Shown here: piece by piece, positions 30,233 to 38,920 of the stretch
How positions within the stretch are numbered: the stretch's first letter is position 1
How the letters are laid out: each line of letters starts with the position of its first letter
From: Methanobacteriota archaeon
Lineage (GTDB): Archaea; Thermoplasmatota; E2; DHVEG-1
Assembly: GCA_963769885.1 (NCBI GenBank)
Contig: CAVYNH010000006.1
Coordinates: forward strand, 384,001-448,000
Length of the DNA: 64,000 nt
Direction: 5' to 3'
Position numbers and translations under genes: made by a program
Notes under the pieces: model-generated
What the model saw: only the letters and a program-made list of their open reading frames with translations
The model's database searches: none
What the model was told of the DNA's origin: nothing

Positions 30233-30709
30233 ATGCCACCCGCCACCACCGGCACCATCAGAAGAGCCACCCCTGCGGACCTCCCCGCCATCATCGCACT
30301 CGAACAAGCCTGCTTCCCCGGCCCCCTCGCCTACTCACGTAGACAACTCCGTTACCTCCTCACCCACGCCCACAGCACCGTCCTCGTCGAAACCACAGAC
30401 ACCACGCTGCGCGGCTTCGTCATCATCCTCTACCGCCACGGATCAAAAACCGCCGGCATCGAAACCATCAACGTCGACCCCGCCCACCAACGCCGCGGCA
30501 TCGCCCGCCAGCTCCTCACCGCCGCCGAGACCGAGATGCACGCCCACGGCGTCCGTCGCATCCGCCTCGAAGTCTCCACACAAAACGCCCCCGCCCTCGC
30601 CCTCTACTACCAGGCAGGCTACCGAAAGACCGAGCTCCTCCCCAACTACTACATCTTCTCCCATCACGGTTCGCGCGACGCCTTCCGCATGGTCAAAGAC
30701 CTCACCTGA
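30233..30709 (+). CDS. GNAT N-acetyltransferase, RimI-like
   Basis: VDPAHQRRGIA, LEVSTQNAPALALY, YY...DAFRM. Confidence 0.9.
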   Translation: MPPATTGTIRRATPADLPAIIALEQACFPGPLAYSRRQLRYLLTHAHSTVLVETTDTTLRGFVIILYRHGSKTAGIETINVDPAHQRRGIARQLLTAAETEMHAHGVRRIRLEVSTQNAPALALYYQAGYRKTELLPNYYIFSHHGSRDAFRMVKDLT

Positions 30710-32121
30710 TTCGAAGACACCCACTCCTCGTTCTGCAGCACACAATACCCCCTCGTGTGTGCCTCCATAATCGACAGCAGCCCCTCACGGAACTGCTCCG
30801 GCACATACGACATGCTGCATGTCGGCCCTTCATGAATCCGCTCCACATGGTCCAAGCTGTGGACTTCCGTACCACCGCCACCCTGCATCAGGAAAAACGA
30901 CTGCTCCTTCTCATCCTGATCCAGCTTCAGGTTCGCTGACTTCACCCGCATAGGGAACAATTCAATGGCCTCATCCGTATAATTGATGAGCCGCGGGTCA
31001 GTCTTATTGGCTGAGAGGAACAACAGAACCCCCATGCACTTCGAACACGTACCACACGGCATGACCTTCTCCCCTTCGATGTGGCACGAGTGGCATGACC
31101 GCTGGTTCTTCGCCAGCTCCGGGTACCGCGAAAACAAGATCCGCTCGACAACCAACCCAGTCACGGACCGCAGCGCGGACCACTGGACCAGCCCCGACAT
31201 CCGCCGGTTATACCACAGGTTCATCCGCTGGTCGAACGCGACATCCTGATCATAGACGCCGTAATAGTCAACAAGCCCCTTGAATGACGGCGTTATCCGT
31301 AAATCGTCGAACTCGCTGCCGAGGAGGAGATTGCCGATCCGGCGCTCAGAGAATAGAGGCATCAAAGAGAAGACATAGTATGGAAAGATGCACATGCGAA
31401 TGGGATAGACATCCGCCCGGATCTGCCGATGATCCTTCCTGATGAACGGCAGATGGTCAAGCATGAAAAGGTAGAATCGGTCCACGTTCGTCCACACCCG
31501 ATTGGTGTTCGGCTCGGTCTGCTGATGGTACCGATAGGCAGTCATCGCGGTGCGCCAATGTCCGCCGCTCTCATTGACGTAGAGCGGGTGGACGTCCATG
31601 CCCATTTCCTTGAGCATCCCGTAGGTCGTGAGGCTCTCTTTACCGCCGCTGGATAAGATTCCGCAGCGCTTGTTATTAAAATTTTGTTGCAGAGGGGCAT
31701 CCATGCTGATGCTCGCAGGGATGAACTGGGACTTTGGTTGCGCCGCCGCAGCGGTGGCCTCCTCCTCAGGAACTTGGTAGCCAGGAAGCAGGTAGTCTGC
31801 CGTGGGTTTCACCAGCTCATGGATGTAGGTCTCGCTGCAGAAGACCGTGTTGAGGTCGTTGAGCAGACCGAGGTCTGCCGAGCTGACGGGGAATTGTAAC
31901 GTGAACCGCTCGGTGAACAGGCCGTAGTTGAGCAACGGCATGCAGAAGGCGAGACGGAGCAGGGGGAGATGCTCAGGGGCAATCGGGTCCTGGTACTGCA
32001 GGATCAGATCGAAGGAAAATTTCTGTTTGTTTCTGGTCAGCAGGGTCACGGTCGTGGTCGCGGTGTTCTTGACGAGGTCTGGCTCTGAAAGGGAGATGTC
32101 TTTGAAGCAGACAAAGTCCAT
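30664..32121 (-). CDS. PP-loop ATP-binding protein, MurL/QueC-like with a C-terminal Cys cluster
   Basis: SSGGKES PP-loop; GSEFD; WSALRSV; SCHSC...PCGTCSKC. Confidence 0.65.
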   Translation of the reverse strand: MDFVCFKDISLSEPDLVKNTATTTVTLLTRNKQKFSFDLILQYQDPIAPEHLPLLRLAFCMPLLNYGLFTERFTLQFPVSSADLGLLNDLNTVFCSETYIHELVKPTADYLLPGYQVPEEEATAAAAQPKSQFIPASISMDAPLQQNFNNKRCGILSSGGKESLTTYGMLKEMGMDVHPLYVNESGGHWRTAMTAYRYHQQTEPNTNRVWTNVDRFYLFMLDHLPFIRKDHRQIRADVYPIRMCIFPYYVFSLMPLFSERRIGNLLLGSEFDDLRITPSFKGLVDYYGVYDQDVAFDQRMNLWYNRRMSGLVQWSALRSVTGLVVERILFSRYPELAKNQRSCHSCHIEGEKVMPCGTCSKCMGVLLFLSANKTDPRLINYTDEAIELFPMRVKSANLKLDQDEKEQSFFLMQGGGGTEVHSLDHVERIHEGPTCSMSYVPEQFREGLLSIMEAHTRGYCVLQNEEWVSSNQVRSLTMRKASREP

Positions 32122-32123
32122 AG

Positions 32124-33197
32124 TTAGGTCACCTTCATGGTTAAGGTTTCGAGGGCGTCGACGATGCTATCTGCCTGGTCGCGGAGCGGGTCTATGACGG
32201 GGACGTGGAATCGTTCATGGTAATGGGTTTTGTGGGTGTTCATCTCAGCTGGGGTGAGGTGTTCGTGGCTGAGGCCGATGCCGAGGAGGGGTTTTTCGGT
32301 GATGAGCTCGGCGATGGAGACGACGCGTTGGGGGTCGGGCATAGGGTAGTCGGGGAAGCCGTCGAGGTGGGGGCGGCCCGGGGCGTCCATGAGAAAGAAG
32401 CCGTGGACGCGGCCGGCGGTGAGGATTTCGAAGCCGCCGGGGAAGAAGGGGTGGACGAGGCTGCCTTGTCCTTCGATGATGATGTATTGGGGGTGGTCGT
32501 CGTTCCAGGAGTCGAGAATGGCGCCTTCGATGCCGCCGCTGATGAAGTCGTTGATGAGGGCGTCGAGGACGACGCCGTGGGGCCAGCCTTGCATCCAGCC
32601 GGTCTGTCCGGTGAAGATCATGTCGGCGGTGTAGCCATGGTTGCGGAGTTCGTTGACGAGGATAACGGCCATGGTGCGTTTGCCGATGGCGGAGTCGGTG
32701 CCGAGGAGGGCGATGCGAGTGGCCGGGATTTTGGTGATTTCTCCGGTGTAGAAGCGTTTGTGGTCGCGGTAGATTTTGCGGATGTCTGTGATGGTGCAGT
32801 GGTGTCGTTTGGCGAGGCTGACGCAGTGGGGTTTGTCGGAGATGAATTCGTGGAGGCCGGAGACGATGTTGAGTCCGTGGGTGAGGGCGGTTTCGACGGC
32901 GTGTTCGTAGCCGGTGGGGAGGATGCCGCCTTCGGAGACGGCGCCGATGATGAAGGTGTCTGAGTTGGTCTGGTCGATGGCGGTTTGTAGTGAGGGGATG
33001 AGGGGGATACCGTTGGGTGTGCCGTCGAGGAGTTGCCCGGCGTCGCCGGGTGGGAGGGTGGTGTCGACGACGGCGGTGATGTCGTAGCGGCGGCAGTAGC
33101 GGATGAGGCCGTGGGCGGTTTTGCCGTCGGTGGTGGTGTAGAGCCGGTCTGCGTACACGATGGCGCGTGGTCGGTCCATGTGGTGGTTGCTCCCCAT
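32124..33197 (-). CDS. DUF1611 / DgcN-like (D-glutamate N-acetyltransferase family) protein
   Basis: GKTAHGLIRY, SGLHEF, GTDSAIGKRT, TGQTG, EGQGSL. Confidence 0.85.
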   Translation of the reverse strand: MGSNHHMDRPRAIVYADRLYTTTDGKTAHGLIRYCRRYDITAVVDTTLPPGDAGQLLDGTPNGIPLIPSLQTAIDQTNSDTFIIGAVSEGGILPTGYEHAVETALTHGLNIVSGLHEFISDKPHCVSLAKRHHCTITDIRKIYRDHKRFYTGEITKIPATRIALLGTDSAIGKRTMAVILVNELRNHGYTADMIFTGQTGWMQGWPHGVVLDALINDFISGGIEGAILDSWNDDHPQYIIIEGQGSLVHPFFPGGFEILTAGRVHGFFLMDAPGRPHLDGFPDYPMPDPQRVVSIAELITEKPLLGIGLSHEHLTPAEMNTHKTHYHERFHVPVIDPLRDQADSIVDALETLTMKVT

Positions 33198-33234
33198 TTT
33201 TTTTGTTGGAAAAGTCCTCAGGCTTTTGTTTTTT

Positions 33235-34269
33235 TTAGCGGAATCGTCTGCCGGTGAGGACGATGACGTAGTCGGAGTTGAGGACGCGGTGTTGTTTGAA
33301 TTTGATGAGGGCTTCGATGGGGCTGGTGGAGGCGGGGAGGACGCTGAGTCCTTCGATGTCGAGGAGGAGGCGGTGGAATTTGAGCATGGTGTTGTCGCTA
33401 GCGTAGTCTGCCCAGCCGTTGGTTTGGTAGATGGCGTTGAGGGCGTGGTCGCCGTCGTAGGAGTGGTAGCTGATGAGTGGTTCGTTGATGGTGGTTTCGT
33501 GGAGGTCGTCGGGGTTGAGGTCTTCGGTTTTCGAGGCTCCGGTTTTGAAGCCGCGGACGATGGGGTTGCCGCCAGGCGTGCTGGCGCCGACGAGGTAGGG
33601 GAGGTGGTCGATCTTGCCTTGGTCGAGGAGTTGTTTGAAGCCGTGGTAGATGCCGACGAGGGTGGTGCCGTTGCCGACGGGGGTGGCGACGGCGGTGGGG
33701 CAGCGGCCGAGTTGGTGGTAGATTTCGGTGGCGATGCTCATGTAGCCGCGCCAGCCTTCGTTGCCGTTGCCTGGGTTTGCGTCGTAGTAGTGTTCGGTTT
33801 TGGCGAGGTGTCGACTGGCTTCGACGGCGTCTTCGTATTTGTCGTAGTCGGTGAGGATTTCGGCGCCGAATGAGTTGAGGGTTTCGCGGCGGTGTGGTGC
33901 CATCGTGTATTTTTCGGGGATGAGGATTTTTGCTTTGAGTCCGACGAGGTTGGCGAAGTAGGCGAGGCTGACGCCGTAGTTGCCGCAGGTGCCGACGGTG
34001 ACGGTGTCGTAGCCTTCGCGCAGTGCCTTGGTGACGTGGTATTGAGAAATACGGTCTTTTTGGGTTCCGGTTGGGTTGCTGCCTTCGAATTTCAGGTAGA
34101 TGTTGCCAAAACCCAAGAGAGACTCAAGGTTGCGTGCTTGAGTAAACAGTGTTCCCCCGACACCCTTGGCGGGTGGTGGCTCCTCGTCTTTTTGGAGGTC
34201 CGAGACATCCATTTTTAGTGAACTCCCTATGTCCTTTGCGGTCTTTGCTGCGTACCCTATATTGCTCAC
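33235..34269 (-). CDS. Fold-type II PLP-dependent enzyme (threonine synthase-like)
   Basis: LKFEGSNPTGTQKDR, GTCGNYG, PVGNGT, VLTGR; alternative start at 34212. Confidence 0.85.
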   Translation of the reverse strand: MSNIGYAAKTAKDIGSSLKMDVSDLQKDEEPPPAKGVGGTLFTQARNLESLLGFGNIYLKFEGSNPTGTQKDRISQYHVTKALREGYDTVTVGTCGNYGVSLAYFANLVGLKAKILIPEKYTMAPHRRETLNSFGAEILTDYDKYEDAVEASRHLAKTEHYYDANPGNGNEGWRGYMSIATEIYHQLGRCPTAVATPVGNGTTLVGIYHGFKQLLDQGKIDHLPYLVGASTPGGNPIVRGFKTGASKTEDLNPDDLHETTINEPLISYHSYDGDHALNAIYQTNGWADYASDNTMLKFHRLLLDIEGLSVLPASTSPIEALIKFKQHRVLNSDYVIVLTGRRFR

Positions 34270-34489
34270 CAGTTAAAAAAAGTTTGCAACGATGAGGCGT
34301 GATTTTTTGTTTTTTTGTGTGCGGATGATCGCGTGGTGGGTGGTTACTTGTGCATGATTTTTTTTTGGTTGGAGTGGTCGCGGGCGGTGGTGTGTGGTGA
34401 TGGGTTTCCCCCGAGGTTTTATATAGAGCCATGGTATTGCCAGGCAGTAGGGTACTCTACAAACGTCTAACGTTGGAGCGGCAATACGT

Positions 34490-34624
34490 ATGACGCAGTA
34501 CTGTAGTGTGTGTGGCGACGAGTTGGAGCCCGAGGAAGAGCAAGAGGGGATTTGCGAGAGCTGTAAGCTGGCGCAGGTCGAGGAGCCGAGTTCGGATGAA
34601 GGCGAGGTTCAGCCGTCGCGGTAG
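34490..34624 (+). CDS. Small 44-aa acidic CxxC-x13-CxxC zinc-finger protein (not in ORF track)
   Basis: Own translation MTQYCSVCGDELEPEEEQEGICESCKLAQVEEPSSDEGEVQPSR*; upstream ttttatata and GGAG; downstream T-tract. Confidence 0.7.
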   Translation: MTQYCSVCGDELEPEEEQEGICESCKLAQVEEPSSDEGEVQPSR

Positions 34625-34748
34625 TCGTGGGTGTGTTCGGGTCTGGTAGCCTTCGGTTTTTTTGTTTTTTTTTGTCGCTGTGATGGATATAATTAAATAG
34701 TCTTGGGGCGTTGACGGGGCCGGAGTAACCTACTAGGAGAACCGGTCT

Positions 34749-34982
34749 ATGGCTATTGGGTTTGTTTTGATCCACGTCGCACCTGCGCATGAGCATGAGG
34801 TGTACAATAAGCTGACCAAGCTGCCGCAGATCATCGAGCTGCATCCGCTGTTCGGCGAGTACGATCTCATCGCGAAGATCGAGGCGAAGGATTTTGAGGA
34901 GCTGGGGACGATCATCGTCAACCGGATCCGGTCGATCACCGGCGTGCTTGATACGAAGACGTTGACGGGGCTGACGTTCTAG
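34749..34982 (+). CDS. Stand-alone Lrp/AsnC ligand-binding (RAM) domain protein
   Basis: GFVLI...LFGEYDLIAKIE...IRSITGVLDTKTL; no HTH. Confidence 0.9.
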   Translation: MAIGFVLIHVAPAHEHEVYNKLTKLPQIIELHPLFGEYDLIAKIEAKDFEELGTIIVNRIRSITGVLDTKTLTGLTF

Positions 34983-35512
34983 TCTCTGTTTTTTTCTTTG
35001 TTGTTTTTTTGGTACATGCGGTAGGCGGTCTGTCGGTCTGGGAGGACTAGGCCGTTGTGCAGGTCGCCGGTGTACGCGGAGATGGTCGGCTGCGGGTGTC
35101 GTGAGGGGGCGTCCATTTTGAGGATGAGGAGTTGGCCGATGCGCATGCCTTCTTTGAGGGTGAAGGCGGTGTCTGAGGCGTTGAAGATCTCGAGGGTGAG
35201 GTTGCCTTCGGCGCCGGGGCTGATGAGCATGCTGCCCATGTGTGAGGTGATGCCGAAGCGGGCGAGGGTGGTGGAGCCGTCGTAGAGGCCGGCGTGGTCG
35301 TCGGGCATGGTGATGCGTTCGAGGGTGGAGCTGAGGATGAGTTTTTTGGGTTCGAGGATGTAGCTTGGTTGGGTGAGGATGTGTCCGGCGGGTTTGGCGA
35401 ACTGGTCGGAGAGGTGGAGGCGGATGGAGGCGGATTTGAGGACCGGCTTGGGGGTGATGCGCAGTTTCTTCTCTTTGAGGAGGCGCGTGATGGATTGGTC
35501 GGAGAGGAGCAT
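34979..35512 (-). CDS. dCTP deaminase/dUTPase family protein (divergent)
   Basis: MLLSD, STLERI, LARFG, GNLTLEIFN, GMRIGQL; some motif residues are substituted. Confidence 0.75.
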   Translation of the reverse strand: MLLSDQSITRLLKEKKLRITPKPVLKSASIRLHLSDQFAKPAGHILTQPSYILEPKKLILSSTLERITMPDDHAGLYDGSTTLARFGITSHMGSMLISPGAEGNLTLEIFNASDTAFTLKEGMRIGQLLILKMDAPSRHPQPTISAYTGDLHNGLVLPDRQTAYRMYQKNNKEKNRD

Positions 35513-35650
35513 GGGTATCGATGCGGGGTAGGGGTGGGGGGCTTAAAATAGCCTTCGTGGTAGATTTTTGGGTTTGCTGATTTGTGCGTTGTGCCGTTTT
35601 TCCTCACAGTGTTTTTATTGCTGGGATGACAGAAGAGGGTACTGGGAGAG

Positions 35651-36733
35651 ATGTTTTGTATGAGGGAAGCCCGTGGAGTTGTCGTATGTACGATCATAGC
35701 GGCTCTGTTTCTTGTGGGCATCTATCCTGTGGGTGCCCAGAGTCCGCCGATCGCCGATGCTGGTGGCCCCTATGTGGGGTACGAGTGCAATGTCCTGTAT
35801 TTTGATGCCTCGCGGTCGTTCGATCCGGACCATGATGCGTTGCAGTACCGGTGGGATTTCAACGGCGACGGGGTCTTTGATACGTCCTGGTCGTCGGAGC
35901 CGGACGCGTTGTATCAGTGGTTGGATGATTTCACGGGGACGTGCCAGGTCCAGGTTTCGGATGGGCAGTCGATCTCGGATGCGACTGCCGCTGTCCGGAT
36001 CATGAACGTGTATCCTGTCATCGAGTCCATCACGGGGCCGGCGTATCCCGTCGAGGTCGGCTCTGAGGTCTATATCTTCGTCTCATTTTTTGATGGGGAT
36101 GACCGCAGCGGCGTCCTCTCGGCTGATTCGTTCCAGGCGGTGTTCACGTGGAGCGATGGCACGCAGACGACGTATCAGGTGCCCAGCGGGGTCCAGACGG
36201 TCACCGGGACTCATGTCTACAGCGACCCTGGAGTGTACCCGGTCTTCGTCGAGATCACGGATGATGATAACGGCTCGTGTTCCGGTTCGTACTACTACGT
36301 GGTCGTGTTTGAGCCGAATCCGCTGCCGGGCACCGGGTTTGTGACGGGCGGCGGCTGGATCCTCTCACCGCCCGGTGCGTACCGGTTGAACCTGACGTTG
36401 ACCGGCCAGGCGAACTTCGGGTTCAACGCCAAGTATCACAAAGGCAAGCAGATCCCCTCGGGTGAGACCGAGTTCAATTTGCATGTCGCGAGCTTGAACT
36501 TCCATTCCACGGACTACGAGTGGTTGATCGTGACGGGGAACCGGGCCCGGTACAAGGGGAACGGCACCATTAACGGCGACGGCGACTATGCGTTTATGCT
36601 CACCGGAGTCGATAACGGGAACAGGGGGGACCAGTTCCGCATCAAGATCTGGGACAAGGCGATCGGCACCCTAATCTATGACAATAACCAAGACCAGATC
36701 ATCGACGGCGGGCAGATCGTGGTCCACCAGTAA
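35651..36733 (+). CDS. Secreted PKD-domain protein with a C-terminal VTGGGWI-type domain
   Basis: PIADAGGPY, FDASRSFDPD, WDFNGDG; GFVTGGGWI...FRIKIWD. Confidence 0.8.
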   Translation: MFCMREARGVVVCTIIAALFLVGIYPVGAQSPPIADAGGPYVGYECNVLYFDASRSFDPDHDALQYRWDFNGDGVFDTSWSSEPDALYQWLDDFTGTCQVQVSDGQSISDATAAVRIMNVYPVIESITGPAYPVEVGSEVYIFVSFFDGDDRSGVLSADSFQAVFTWSDGTQTTYQVPSGVQTVTGTHVYSDPGVYPVFVEITDDDNGSCSGSYYYVVVFEPNPLPGTGFVTGGGWILSPPGAYRLNLTLTGQANFGFNAKYHKGKQIPSGETEFNLHVASLNFHSTDYEWLIVTGNRARYKGNGTINGDGDYAFMLTGVDNGNRGDQFRIKIWDKAIGTLIYDNNQDQIIDGGQIVVHQ

Positions 36734-36869
36734 GCCAGAGGACCTTCCCCCCTCCCCTCCTTTTCTTTTCGAGTCTCTTCTCTGTTCTTCCTAATTCCCC
36801 CTAGTCCCTAAGGAGTTCCCGGCTTGATCCGCGTCAACCCCCCCGCTTCATTGTACAATAATTATTAGA

Positions 36870-36940
36870 CAGCCCCGGGCGGATTTGAACCGCCGACGTT
36901 GGCTCCAAAGGCCAAAATGTTGCCACTACACCACGGGGCT
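36870..36940 (-). tRNA. tRNA-Gln(TTG)
   Basis: AGCCCCGTGGTGTAGTGGCAACATTTTGGCCTTTGGAGCCAACGTCGGCGGTTCAAATCCGCCCGGGGCT-G; A1-U72, G73, no CCA. Confidence 0.92.
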
Positions 36941-36971
36941 CCACGCAGCAAGGGAAAACAGCCACAGGATT

Positions 36972-38654
36972 TTAAGGTTTAGCACCCGCCGCGCCCTGGA
37001 TCTTCCCCCAGGTATCCCGCAGCTCCACCGACCGATTCAACACCAAACGCGTCGCAGTCGACCCCGGATCCACGCAGAAATACCCCAGCCGCTCGAACTG
37101 GAACCGGTCCAATGGCTTGCAGTGACGGACCGTCGGCTCGACCTTACAGCCATGCAGGACCTCAAGAGACCGCGGGTTCAGGAACTCCTTGAAATCCGCC
37201 CCCTTCTGATCCAGCGGGTCGCGTACCGTGAACAGCTTGTTGTAGAGCCGGACCTCCGCCTCCACCGCATGCCGGGCAGAGACCCAATGGATCGTGGACT
37301 TCACCTTGCGGCCGTCCGGGGCGTACCCACCCTTGGTCTGCGGGTCGTACGTACAGCGCAACTCCACGACCCGACCATCCTTCTTCACGACATCCTTGCA
37401 GGTGATGAAGTACGCGTACCGCAATCTGACCTCGCGGCCGGGCGCGAGCCGATAGAACTTCGGCGGCGGCTGCTCCATGAAATCCTCCTGCTCGATGAAC
37501 AGGGTCTTGGAGAACGGGATCCGTCGGGACCCCATGGACGGGTCCTCGGGGTTGTTGACCGCCTCGACCTCCTCGGTCGTCTCAGGATAGTTCTCGATCG
37601 TCACCTTCAACGGCCGCAGCACACCCATGTACCGCGGTGCCGCCCTGTTGAGGTCATCGCGGATGCAGTGCTCCAGGAACTCGTAGTCGACGATGCTGTT
37701 GAACTTCGCGACCCCGATGCGCTTGGAGAACAACCGAATCCCCGAGGGCGAGTACCCGCGCCGGCGCATCCCGGAGATCGTCGGCAGCCTCGGGTCGTCC
37801 CACCCGTTGACGTACTTCCCCTCGACGAGCTGCAGCAGCAGCCGCTTGCTCATCACCGTAAAGGTGAGGTTCAGCCGTGCGAACTCGATCTGCTGCGGAT
37901 GATACACCCCGAGCGCGTCCAGGAACCAATCGTACAGCGGCCGATGGTTCTCAAACTCCAGCGTACAGATGGAATGCGTGATCCGCTCAAGGGAATCCTC
38001 CAGCCCATGCGCCCAGTCGTACATCGGGTAGATACACCATTTATCCCCCGTGTTGTGGTGCGTCGCATGCAGGATGCGGTACATCACCGGGTCCCGCAAG
38101 TTCAGGTTCGGATGGTTCATGTCGATCTTCGCACGCAGGACCTTGGAGCCGTCCGGGAACTCCCCCGCCTTCATGCGGCGGAACAAGGAGAGGTTTTCCT
38201 CGATGGAGCGGTCGCGGAAGGGACCATTGATCCCGGGCTTGGTGAGCGTGCCGCGCAGGTCAGCGATCTGGTCTGCGGTCAAGTCGTCGACATAGGCCTT
38301 CCCTTTCTTGATGAGGTCCTCGGCGTACGCGTACATCTGGTCAAAGTAATTCGAGGCGTAGAACAGCCGGTCCTGCCAGTCGAACCCCAGCCATTTCACA
38401 TCGGTGATGATGGACTGGACGTACTCCTCCTCCTCTTTCGCGGGGTTCGTGTCATCGAACCGCAGGTTGCACTTCCCGTGGTACTCCTCGGCGATCCCGA
38501 AGTTCAGGCAGATGGACTTCGCATGGCCGATGTGCAGATAGCCGTTCGGTTCTGGGGGAAACCTGGTGTGTACGCGGCCCTGGTACTTCCCTGACTGAAG
38601 GTCCGCGTCGATGATTTCCCGGATAAAATCCCTGCTCGCTTGCTGTTCGCCCAT
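36972..38654 (-). CDS. glnS: Glutaminyl-tRNA synthetase (bacterial-type)
   Basis: [58 protein letters not shown], beta-barrel anticodon domains ([25 protein letters not shown]). Confidence 0.96.
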   Translation of the reverse strand: MGEQQASRDFIREIIDADLQSGKYQGRVHTRFPPEPNGYLHIGHAKSICLNFGIAEEYHGKCNLRFDDTNPAKEEEEYVQSIITDVKWLGFDWQDRLFYASNYFDQMYAYAEDLIKKGKAYVDDLTADQIADLRGTLTKPGINGPFRDRSIEENLSLFRRMKAGEFPDGSKVLRAKIDMNHPNLNLRDPVMYRILHATHHNTGDKWCIYPMYDWAHGLEDSLERITHSICTLEFENHRPLYDWFLDALGVYHPQQIEFARLNLTFTVMSKRLLLQLVEGKYVNGWDDPRLPTISGMRRRGYSPSGIRLFSKRIGVAKFNSIVDYEFLEHCIRDDLNRAAPRYMGVLRPLKVTIENYPETTEEVEAVNNPEDPSMGSRRIPFSKTLFIEQEDFMEQPPPKFYRLAPGREVRLRYAYFITCKDVVKKDGRVVELRCTYDPQTKGGYAPDGRKVKSTIHWVSARHAVEAEVRLYNKLFTVRDPLDQKGADFKEFLNPRSLEVLHGCKVEPTVRHCKPLDRFQFERLGYFCVDPGSTATRLVLNRSVELRDTWGKIQGAAGAKP

Positions 38655-38695
38655 CTGACACCGACTCCCACATCAGACTCACTAGGAGTAGACAG

Positions 38696-38767
38696 CAGCC
38701 CCGAGCGGATTCGAACCGCTGACAAGAGATCCAGAGTCTCCTATGTTAACCGCTACACCACGGGGCT
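38696..38767 (-). tRNA. tRNA-Gln(CTG)
   Basis: AGCCCCGTGGTGTAGCGGTTAACATAGGAGACTCTGGATCTCTTGTCAGCGGTTCGAATCCGCTCGGGGCT-G; A1-U72, G73, no CCA. Confidence 0.93.
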
Positions 38768-38792
38768 TTCACGACCAATGAAACAAGGTGCA

Positions 38793-38820
38793 GATAAAAA
38801 AACTCACTATATAACCTTTC
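38793..38820 (-). promoter_or_regulatory. BRE/TATA promoter of the tRNA-Gln(CTG)-glnS unit
   Basis: Minus strand GAAAGGTTATATAG followed by TTTTTTATC upstream of the tRNA. Confidence 0.5.
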
Positions 38821-38920
38821 AGGCCACCTGATGTCTTTGGGCGTCCTGCGGGCATAATATATCGAGGTGTAAAACGACCCGTGAAAAACGGATGAAGAAG
38901 AGTAAGAGTGAGGGGCGTGG

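Noticed and set aside
33235-34269. Calling this gene thrC
   Set aside because: Divergent motifs (GTQKDR, GTCGNYG) and the DgcN/MurL-like context argue against a housekeeping threonine synthase.
36885-38594. 569-aa ORF antisense to glnS, and many other long antisense or alternate-frame ORFs (for example 1519..2730, 55528..56781, 24273..25541)
   Set aside because: Shadow ORFs caused by high GC and strong skew; low-complexity translations with no family motifs.
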